Shown here piece after piece: positions 18,307-24,926 of a stretch of 24,926 bases of DNA (position 1 is its first letter; each line of letters starts with the position of its first letter). Position numbers and translations under genes: made by a program. This stretch comes from Candidatus Latescibacterota bacterium (GTDB taxonomy: Bacteria > Latescibacterota > UBA2968): the NCBI GenBank assembly GCA_038279365.1, contig JAYODI010000075.1, positions 1-24,926 on the forward strand. The letters are read 5' to 3'. The notes beneath the pieces are model-generated. The model saw only the letters and a program-made list of their open reading frames with translations. It was not told where the DNA came from and ran no database searches.

Positions 18307-19383
18307 ATGCACTTAGGATTTGGACTTTACCGACACATGCTCAATCGCGAGTACCTGCGCTTTGCCAAACAATGTGGTGCAACCCACATCGTGGTTCACC
18401 TTGTCGACTATTTTAATCAAGCTGGAGACGGTCGTGATCAACCCACAAGTGGCGGGCGGGGTGGTGGCTGGGGGCATGCGGGCAACCCGGATAAACTCTG
18501 GAACAAAGAAGAACTCACACAGATTAAGACATTGATCGAATCCGAGGGATTAATTTGGCATGCTGTAGAAAATTTTGACCCCGCGCATTGGTACGATGTT
18601 TTGCTCGATGGTCCGAAAAAGGCGCAACAAATGGAAGGGCTAAAACAAACCATTCGCCTCTTAGGTGACTTAAACATTGCCATTATGGGCTATAATTTTA
18701 GTCTTGCTGGCGTTTATGGTCGCACCGAGGGCAACTATGCCCGTGGCGAGGCAGGTGGAGTGGGGATGGAGGGCTTTGTTGATAAAGACCCCATGCTCGA
18801 TGGCATGGTTTGGAACATGACCTTTGATGAAAATGCAACAGGAACCGCAAAACGAACACGCATCAGCAGCGATGAACTTTGGCAACGTTTGACGTATTTT
18901 CTTCAGGCATTGGTGCCCGTAGCAGAAGAAGCGGGCGTGCAATTGGCAGCACACCCAGATGACCCACCAGTGCCTCGTTTACGCGACACGCCTCGCCTTG
19001 TTTATCAACCCGCCTTATACCAACGCCTGTTGGACATTGTCCCCAGCCCTGCAAATGGACTCGAGTATTGCCTCGGAACTTTGTCCGAAATGCCAGATGG
19101 CGACATATACGAAGCAACCGAACAATACGCCTCACAACAAAAAATTGGATACATCCACTTTCGCAACGTCACAGGCAAAGCCCCCCATTACAAGGAGGTT
19201 TTCATCGATGAAGGCGATATTGACATGAAGCGCATTTTGAAAATCCTCAAAAAACACAATTTCCAAGGCGTGCTTATTCCCGACCATGCACCACGTATGG
19301 CATGTGATGCACCATGGCATGCGGGCATGGCTTATTCTATGGGCTATATGAAGTCGGCAATAGAAGATTTGGAAAACGATTAA
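18307..19383 (+). CDS. uxuA: Mannonate dehydratase (UxuA family), copy 1
   Basis: GYNF, ELWQRLTYFL..LVPVAEE.GV.LAAHPDDPP, YCLGT, HFRNV, EVFIDEGDIDM, PDHAP, AYSMGYMK; ATG 18307 follows GGAG (alternative start 18292). Confidence 0.88.
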   Translation: MHLGFGLYRHMLNREYLRFAKQCGATHIVVHLVDYFNQAGDGRDQPTSGGRGGGWGHAGNPDKLWNKEELTQIKTLIESEGLIWHAVENFDPAHWYDVLLDGPKKAQQMEGLKQTIRLLGDLNIAIMGYNFSLAGVYGRTEGNYARGEAGGVGMEGFVDKDPMLDGMVWNMTFDENATGTAKRTRISSDELWQRLTYFLQALVPVAEEAGVQLAAHPDDPPVPRLRDTPRLVYQPALYQRLLDIVPSPANGLEYCLGTLSEMPDGDIYEATEQYASQQKIGYIHFRNVTGKAPHYKEVFIDEGDIDMKRILKILKKHNFQGVLIPDHAPRMACDAPWHAGMAYSMGYMKSAIEDLEND

Positions 19384-19403
19384 ATCCAAAATGCCTGTTG
19401 GTT

Positions 19404-19437
19404 AAAAAAAGCCCACAGATGTTATCTGTGGGCTTTT
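19404..19437. terminator. Bidirectional intrinsic terminator
   Basis: AAAAGCCCACAGAT-GTT-ATCTGTGGGCTTTT perfect inverted repeat between convergent genes. Confidence 0.88.
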
Positions 19438-19461
19438 CACGTTTGGAAATACGACGAGCCA

Positions 19462-21036
19462 TCAAAGCGAGCTTCGTCCTTTTTTTTGTAACGCCTCAAG
19501 TCTGGGATCTCTGCCCCTGTAAGGATCCTGCTCAAATCGGCAGGGTACCTCCACAACGCGAGGATCTTTTTGCGCACGAAGAAGTGCCATCAATCGATCG
19601 TGCAATTCCTGCTTTGGCGCAGCATATTCCGGATCGTCTGCGATATTGTTCATATAGTGCGGGTCCACACGAAGGTCATAGAGTTCTTCCTGAGGCCGCT
19701 TGCCAAAGCCAAGGTCGAAGGCATTTTGAACCTCTGCCTCTGCACGGTGATAGATCATCCAGGCCTTGGTCGGGCTGGCATCTATGTCGGGATACGCAAA
19801 GTAGACATCATGTTCCAAAACTTCAAAGGGTGGCGGCTCTGCATTGGGGTCGTCAAGCCCATAAGGATCGCCAGCTGGCCAACGCTCGGGTTCAAAATTG
19901 TAGACATAAAGAAAGTCTTTTGTACGCATGGCGCGTTGCGGATAGGGCAAATTGCCTTCACGAGCAACGGAGACATGCCGTTCGCGACCGGTTACGACAA
20001 ATGTGCGATCGGCATCGACCAAACCACTTGCATCGCTTTCTAAAACAGGCAACAGGCTCTTGCCGGTCATGGTGACAGGAACAGCAACATCAGCGGCCTC
20101 CATAAAGGTTGGGCCCAGGTCCATCAAATTGACAAAGTCTTCAATCACACGACCGGGTTTGATGCGCTTTGGCCATCGTGCAGCCAAAGCAACCTCACAG
20201 CCAATATCGTAGAGATTGCATTTACCACGTGGAAAACCAGGGATGCCATGATCACCGCTGGCAACAATGAGGGTGTTGTCGAGTTCACCAATTGCTTCGA
20301 GGCGCTCAAGGAGCACACCGATGCCACCGTCAACAGCCATACATTCACCGAGATAATCGGCAACATCTTCTCGAATGTCGTGCACATCTGGCAAAAACGC
20401 TGGCAACCGCCCTTTCAAATCATCCGGTTCGAGCCCCCATAATTTTTTGCCCGACCCCTTCTGCCACTTGCGATGTGTGTTTGTTGGCCCCCACCAGTAA
20501 CAAAACGGTGCGCCCTCTGGTCTTGCGGCAATGAATGCGTCAAAGTTTTGACGCGTCTCATCAAACAACTCTTCTTTGGCAGCTTCCACACCCACTTCTG
20601 CAGCCCGTTCGGTTGCACGAAAGGAGAACTGGCCAAATTGTCTGCCCGCAGGTTCGTAGGCTGTGCGATCTGCGCCATAAGGTGCGTTTCTGGTTTCGCC
20701 AGGAGCCCAGACCTTGTATGTGTAACCGATGTGATAACCAGCTTTTTCAAGCTCGAGCGGATATGAAGGAATCGATTCATCCCACTGTGCACCATCAGTA
20801 ATGGCACCCATGCCCGTTTGCCAAAAATACTGCCCCGAAAGAATTGAGCTGCGACATGGCGTACAACTCGGTGCAGGCACAAAGGTGTTTGTAAAAATAG
20901 CCCCTTCATTTGCAATGCGATCAAAGTTGGGCGTGTTGATCAACGCATTGAGTGAATTGCGGCCTTCAAACTTTTCATACGCACTGGCATAACGCCCCCA
21001 ATCATCGGCAAAAGCAAATACAATGTTTGGTTTCAT
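19462..21036 (-). CDS. Formylglycine-dependent sulfatase (S1, Cys-type; N-sulfoglucosamine sulfohydrolase-like)
   Basis: MKPNIVFAFADD (ATG 21036), SCTPCRSSILSG, GDHG.PGFPRGKCNLYD.G, GRERH, YPQRA.R, RPQEELYDL..DP. Confidence 0.9.
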   Translation of the reverse strand: MKPNIVFAFADDWGRYASAYEKFEGRNSLNALINTPNFDRIANEGAIFTNTFVPAPSCTPCRSSILSGQYFWQTGMGAITDGAQWDESIPSYPLELEKAGYHIGYTYKVWAPGETRNAPYGADRTAYEPAGRQFGQFSFRATERAAEVGVEAAKEELFDETRQNFDAFIAARPEGAPFCYWWGPTNTHRKWQKGSGKKLWGLEPDDLKGRLPAFLPDVHDIREDVADYLGECMAVDGGIGVLLERLEAIGELDNTLIVASGDHGIPGFPRGKCNLYDIGCEVALAARWPKRIKPGRVIEDFVNLMDLGPTFMEAADVAVPVTMTGKSLLPVLESDASGLVDADRTFVVTGRERHVSVAREGNLPYPQRAMRTKDFLYVYNFEPERWPAGDPYGLDDPNAEPPPFEVLEHDVYFAYPDIDASPTKAWMIYHRAEAEVQNAFDLGFGKRPQEELYDLRVDPHYMNNIADDPEYAAPKQELHDRLMALLRAQKDPRVVEVPCRFEQDPYRGRDPRLEALQKKGRSSL

Positions 21037-21194
21037 AGGAAACCCCTGCGTGACATGGCCTGGCCTTTTAGGTTGTGATGACCAAACCAAAAACATAAAA
21101 AAGAACAACAATAAAATTCATTTTAAAAACTACAAATACCTCTTTCTTTTACACGTGCCAACCCATCTGATTGAGCATAAGGCTTTTATATCCA

Positions 21195-22226
21195 TCACAC
21201 CTCAGAATTTGCAACCTGAATAAGAGCCTTGATATAACCAAACCCAAAAGCGAACCCCTGTAGTTTGCCAGGATCGTCTGGATGGCTCGGCATATGGTCG
21301 GGGCAGATCCCACCGGGATACTGATAATCCCTCAAAATTCGAATCACCTCTAAAAAATCCATCTCACCTTCATCGGGATACACCTCTGAAAAATCGTGAA
21401 GCCCTCCGCGGATATTTCGCATATGAATATCGTGGAGTATCCCCCGCTGTGCCAAGTATTCGACAATCGGAAGCACGTCCTTTTTAGGATTCTTCAATCC
21501 CTCAGCAGCAGTACCCAGACACAATTGAAATCCGTTGTAAGAGCTATCAACAATTGATGCATAGCGTTTAATCGCATCAAAAACCGAAGGCGAGTCCCAG
21601 TTGTCTGCACCTTGATAACCAAACGGCAGACCCGGTGGATCGTAAGGATGGCACGCCATTTTGACATCACAGGCCTGAGCGACGGGTATCATGTTTTCGA
21701 GAAAGTAGGTAATGCGCTCCCAATATGCCTCAGAATCGACACGGCCCGCACTCCCCATTGGTAATTTCTCCCAATCGTCTTCAAGCTTGAAACCGCTGTA
21801 TTCAACCCCGCCTCGCCCCAGTGTTCGTCGATTGCGCCGAATAGGAATCACTCGCCAATGATAGGTGATCACTTTTATACCTATGTGAGCAGCTTTTCGG
21901 ATATTCTCTTGAATTGTTTCAATCTTCCGATCACGCGCAGCCCCTTTTTCCAGCCGAATATAGTCGTCTTCCATTCTGATGGTGTCCAAAACAACGCCCT
22001 GCTTGTCACAATTATCTTTCATCCGCTCCATGTCATCCAAATCCCAAGCGCCATCTTCAGATCGTTTGTCTACCTTCGCAGTGAGATGCTTAACACCATG
22101 GCGCAAATTGTATTCCAGATTTGCCTTCGCTGTCATGTCGGCCCTCTGGCCGCCCGCAACACTATGATAATCTCCAACCACGTGCATCAGCAAATTCTTC
22201 TTTGGAACGCGCGTACTTTGCTTCAT
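21195..22226 (-). CDS. Divergent UxuA-family (mannonate dehydratase-like) protein, copy 2
   Basis: YWERITYFL..MIPVA...DVKMACHPYDPP, LCLGT, HMRNI.GG, EVYPDEGEMD, PDHMP, AFGFGYIKAL. Confidence 0.82.
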   Translation of the reverse strand: MKQSTRVPKKNLLMHVVGDYHSVAGGQRADMTAKANLEYNLRHGVKHLTAKVDKRSEDGAWDLDDMERMKDNCDKQGVVLDTIRMEDDYIRLEKGAARDRKIETIQENIRKAAHIGIKVITYHWRVIPIRRNRRTLGRGGVEYSGFKLEDDWEKLPMGSAGRVDSEAYWERITYFLENMIPVAQACDVKMACHPYDPPGLPFGYQGADNWDSPSVFDAIKRYASIVDSSYNGFQLCLGTAAEGLKNPKKDVLPIVEYLAQRGILHDIHMRNIRGGLHDFSEVYPDEGEMDFLEVIRILRDYQYPGGICPDHMPSHPDDPGKLQGFAFGFGYIKALIQVANSEV

Positions 22227-22324
22227 AAGACAACACTCCGATATAAGTTAAAACGAAACTTTTCCCGTTCACAGAGCCTATTGAAGGACACATCAGGACG
22301 GCGCCAACATGGCTACAATAAAAG

Positions 22325-22358
22325 CGCTCTGTTTGGCACCCTATCCACGCTTATTCAA
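22325..22358 (+). repeat. 34-bp imperfect direct repeat, copy 1
   Basis: CGCTCTGTTTGGCACcCTATccAcGCTTATTCAA; 30/34 identical to 23527-23560. Confidence 0.8.
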
Positions 22359-22599
22359 ACGCTGGACGATCTTGAACCTTATCCATCACGGCCCAAAATT
22401 TCTGTTCAATATCTTTAGGCAACTTACCCTCAATCCGACGTTCTAAATACCGTTGCGCCTCAAGTTGTGTCACTTCTTGAGCAAGTGAATACGTAATCAT
22501 CTGGTTTAAGGAAACACCCTGTTCCTTCGCTTGTTTTTGAAGCCGTTGCTTGAGATCTTTAGGCATTCTCACAAGTACCGCCGCCTTATCTTCATTCAT
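22351..22599 (-). CDS. Putative antitoxin, ribbon-helix-helix/HicB-like
   Basis: VLVRMPKDLKQRLQKQAKEQGVSLNQMI; ATG overlaps the PIN gene stop (ATGAATGA); 82 aa. Confidence 0.8.
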   Translation of the reverse strand: MNEDKAAVLVRMPKDLKQRLQKQAKEQGVSLNQMITYSLAQEVTQLEAQRYLERRIEGKLPKDIEQKFWAVMDKVQDRPAFE

Positions 22600-23023
22600 A
22601 TTCCTGTCTCCATTCCCTATAAAATTCTTGAGGTGTACAAATTTTAAAAGGAAACATCCATTCACCCCGCAAAAAATCTCGTAAATTGTTCGTCAAAAGA
22701 TAGTCAGCCAGTCCCACAAAAGCACATTCTATAAATATATTGTCACCTTCATCTGGCAAATTAGGTCGCATAAGATAAGAAATGCGAACCTGATCGCCTA
22801 CCAAGACCAGCATATCCAACACGGCAGCAATATCATCCGATGTCAATCCCAAACCATCCAATGATCCGGGTCGCAATAAAACATCTTGATATTCGAGAAA
22901 AACAGGCACCGTAATATTTAATGTGAGCTTACGCAGACCAATCCATCTCAGAATTTCAAATGGTGCGCCACGTTTGCTATACAATGCACTAAAAAGCACA
23001 CTGGTATCCATTACAATTTTCAT
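22592..23023 (-). CDS. PIN-domain toxin (VapC-like, PIN_3 type)
   Basis: KIVMDTSV..SAL, EY..VL, PDEGDNIFIECA...ADYLLTNNLRDF. Confidence 0.9.
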   Translation of the reverse strand: MKIVMDTSVLFSALYSKRGAPFEILRWIGLRKLTLNITVPVFLEYQDVLLRPGSLDGLGLTSDDIAAVLDMLVLVGDQVRISYLMRPNLPDEGDNIFIECAFVGLADYLLTNNLRDFLRGEWMFPFKICTPQEFYREWRQEYE

Positions 23024-23029
23024 GCCAAA

Positions 23030-23058
23030 ATGATATCGTATTAGATATCACAAGTCAA
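23030..23058 (-). promoter_or_regulatory. Sigma70 promoter with overlapping operator palindrome for the PIN TA operon
   Basis: Minus strand TTGACT(23058-53)-17 bp-TATCAT(23035-30); palindrome TGATATC-N6-GATATCA at 23031-23050. Confidence 0.75.
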
Positions 23059-23290
23059 GAAACAATATTTTACATTCTGAACTTGAAGGGTGAATGATTC
23101 AAAAACAGCGCACGATTTTAAGAAGTCCAGTCCCACTCACTTGCCCTACTGCTGTATATCTACGATTACAAGAAACCTATTAAGAAGACCGCAAATTATC
23201 CATTTTGCCTTCAAGCTTGAAGTGCGTTTCAATTTCTTTTTGATCCATCAAACAAACCCTTTTAAAGAATTGTCGTTTGCAACCAACAAC

Positions 23291-23329
23291 AAAAGGGGTT
23301 ACGAGTAAAAACTCGTAACCCCTTGTTTT
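23291..23329 (-). terminator. Terminator hairpin directly downstream of the tRNA fragment
   Basis: Perfect 14-bp stem AAGGGGTTACGAGT(23293-306)-AAAA-ACTCGTAACCCCTT(23311-324). Confidence 0.85.
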
Positions 23330-23332
23330 ATA

Positions 23333-23355
23333 TGGTCGGGGCGAGAGGATTCGAA
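23333..23355 (-). mobile_element. tRNA-Pro 3' fragment, probable att site of an integrative element
   Basis: Minus strand reads TTCGAATCCTCTCGCCCCGACCA: T-loop, 3' T stem, acceptor strand ending G72-A73-CCA as in tRNA-Pro. The 5' part of the tRNA is absent. Confidence 0.85.
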
Positions 23356-23526
23356 AATGTGCCCACCTGCTCAAGACTTTTTCAAAAAACAGACACCAAA
23401 ACCACAGGCAAACCAATGTAAACAAATACCTTATGCTCTAAAAAACGAACTTAAAAAACATAAAAATTTCAAAGCCTCTCAAACGCAATTTGAGCATCTT
23501 TTGTGCTAAATATGTGCACCAAAATT

Positions 23527-23560
23527 CGCTCTGTTTGGCACACTATTTAGGCTTATTCAA
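23527..23560 (+). repeat. 34-bp imperfect direct repeat, copy 2
   Basis: CGCTCTGTTTGGCACaCTATttAgGCTTATTCAA. Confidence 0.8.
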
Positions 23561-23605
23561 TCGAAATTTCTTTGGCCCGAAGGCTTTATCACCTATGTAA
23601 ATAAA

Positions 23606-23639
23606 TCACCTTGATTATGGGGAACAAGGTGAATATATT
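23606..23639 (+). promoter_or_regulatory. Sigma70 promoter with operator-like inverted repeat
   Basis: TTGATT(23611-16)-17 bp-TATATT(23634-39); TCACCTTG(23606-13)-N11-CAAGGTGA(23625-32). Confidence 0.6.
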
Positions 23640-23795
23640 TAACCAGACAGTTAAATCTCCCTATTACACTGTAAATTATAAAGATAGCCTCTTTTCGACA
23701 AAAAATATAAAAACCTATTCGGTTAAAATGGGCACCGTTTAATACTTCACCTGCGTATCAAAACAAAAAATACTTTTTTTAGAGGAGAACAATCT

Positions 23796-24065
23796 ATGAG
23801 AAGCATTACGCTTGAACTCCCCGACCAGCCTCTTGGCAATAAAGATGTCTCAGATCTTGAACTTGGCAAAACCATTCGTCTCCTGGCCGCAGTAAAACTC
23901 TATGAAATGGGAGACATTTCAAGTGGTCGAGCTGCCGAATTAGCAGACATTTCTCGCGTCGAGTTTATAGATGCCTTGGGACGTTACAATATCACACCAT
24001 TTCAGGTAACACCCGAAGAATTAAAAGCTGAGGTTGAGGGACTACGTGCCAACTTGGATCTGTGA
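23796..24065 (+). CDS. UPF0175 family protein (putative antitoxin)
   Basis: LLAAVKLYEMGDISSGRAAELADISRVEF...L; GAGGAG RBS. Confidence 0.88.
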   Translation: MRSITLELPDQPLGNKDVSDLELGKTIRLLAAVKLYEMGDISSGRAAELADISRVEFIDALGRYNITPFQVTPEELKAEVEGLRANLDL

Positions 24066-24531
24066 CACCTCTCCCATTTGCTATTTTGCACGCCTTGGTC
24101 TGCTACACATTTTACCCAATATGCTTGGTCAATTGGTCGTGCCACAAGCAGTTGTCAATGAGATCGACACAGGACGCACACAGCATCCCAACCTTCCAGA
24201 TCTGCGCCTGCTAAATTGGGTTCACATCACACAGCCTCCCAGCACACCCCCAGAAATCTCGCGTCATCAACTGGGCCCCGGAGAAACCGAAGCCATCGCT
24301 CTGGCCCATTCACTTTCTGATACCTGTATTTTGTTAGACGATTTTCAAGCACGGCAAGAAGCGACAGAAAAAGGAATCCCTGTACGTGGCACACTCGCCT
24401 TATTGCTCATGGCCAAAGAAAGGAATCTTGTTCAAGAAGTGGGCCCACTCATCGATCAACTTGACGCTTTGGGATTTCGCGTATCAGATGCAGTAAGAGA
24501 AACAATTCTCGAAATTGCCGGAGAAACGTAG
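24046..24531 (+). CDS. DUF3368-type PIN-domain protein (putative toxin)
   Basis: ICDTSP, VPQAVVNE, LGPGETEAIALA, LLDD..AR..A, GTL.LL..AK; GTG 24046 follows GAGGG and overlaps the antitoxin end. Confidence 0.88.
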   Translation: MPTWICDTSPICYFARLGLLHILPNMLGQLVVPQAVVNEIDTGRTQHPNLPDLRLLNWVHITQPPSTPPEISRHQLGPGETEAIALAHSLSDTCILLDDFQARQEATEKGIPVRGTLALLLMAKERNLVQEVGPLIDQLDALGFRVSDAVRETILEIAGET

Positions 24532-24539
24532 CATCACAC

Positions 24540-24731
24540 ATACGCCGATTGGAATACATCGACTTGGCATCTCATTTAAACGATTTGAGCATCCCTCCCA
24601 GCAATCGTCTGCATCCCTTAAAAGGAAATCGGAAAGGACAACATGCCATCTCTATCAATGACCAATGGCGCATTTGTTTTCGATTTATCAATGGCGATGC
24701 TTATGATGTGGAAATCACAGACTACCACTAA
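24540..24731 (+). pseudogene. higB: 5'-truncated HigB (RelE/ParE superfamily) toxin
   Basis: IRRLEYIDLA..LNDL.IPPSNRLHPLKG.RKGQH.ISINDQWRICFRF..GDAYDVEITDYH is the C-terminal two-thirds of HigB; no room, ATG or RBS for the N-terminus. Confidence 0.82.
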
Positions 24732-24743
24732 AGGAACACAGCT

Positions 24744-24926
24744 ATGCCAATACCCAATACCCAAAAACGCCTGATTCCACCAACACATCCTGGTGAGATG
24801 TTACGCGAAGATTTTCTACCTGATTATGGGTTATCTGCAACATCTTTGGCATCCGCGTTGGGTGTCTCTCGGCAAACGATAAATGAACTGTTGAGAGAAC
24901 GGCGTGCACTCTCCCCGATCATGGCC
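24744..24926 (+). CDS. higA: HigA/VapI addiction-module antitoxin (partial, runs off the window; not in the ORF track)
   Basis: MPIPNTQKRLIPPTHPGEMLREDFLPDYGLSATSLASALGVSRQTINELLRERRALSPIMA; HPGE motif + HTH; AAGGA RBS. Confidence 0.92.
   Translation, partial: MPIPNTQKRLIPPTHPGEMLREDFLPDYGLSATSLASALGVSRQTINELLRERRALSPIMA

Noticed and set aside
7041-21223. Long alternate-frame or antisense ORFs (e.g. 7041..7832, 10213..10845, 13687..14514, 19314..20075)
   Set aside because: They overlap well-supported genes almost entirely and have atypical composition; shadow ORFs.
22300-22345. Integron attC site after the antitoxin (minus strand GCCAAAC...GTTGGCG)
   Set aside because: Both boxes deviate from RYYYAAC/GTTRRRY, the span is about 36 bp (too short), TA genes face both ways and no intI is present.
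23333-23410. Complete tRNA-Pro gene
   Set aside because: Only the last 23 nt match. The 5' T stem, anticodon arm, D arm and 5' acceptor strand are absent.
23090-23425. Short ORFs 23090..23308 (+) and 23180..23425 (-)
   Set aside because: They run through the terminator and att fragment, lack an RBS and show no recognisable motif. A decayed gene remnant cannot be excluded.
22325-23560. CRISPR array from the 34-bp repeats
   Set aside because: Only two copies, 1.2 kb apart, with genes between them and no cas genes.
1-24926. C/A-rich plus strand regardless of gene direction
   Set aside because: Impression by eye, not quantified, and most simply ordinary replication-strand skew.

Overview
Bacterial chromosomal segment with three parts. 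(1) 1-7 kb: a cytoplasmic hybrid REC-HisKA-HATPase-REC kinase split by a one-base frameshift in a G9 run, then an apparent operon of ybaK plus two tandem paralogous MFS-transporter/HEAT-repeat fusion genes. (2) 7-22.2 kb: a loosely clustered acidic/sulfated-glycan catabolism region with a membrane-anchored lyase-like hypothetical, a DUF4962/heparinase II/III-like lyase, a CE15 esterase, a DUF6785/6784-type membrane protein, a MOSC protein, two Cys-type sulfatases, an enolase-superfamily dehydratase and two divergent UxuA-family dehydratases. The gene mix resembles Latescibacterota/Poribacteria-like genomes (inference only). (3) 22.3-24.9 kb: an integration hotspot with three type II toxin-antitoxin modules (PIN + RHH-type, UPF0175 + DUF3368-type PIN, 5'-truncated HigB + HigA), an isolated 23-nt tRNA-Pro 3' fragment with terminator (att-like), a 34-bp imperfect direct repeat and promoter/operator palindromes. 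All family calls come from motif recognition by eye; no searches were run.
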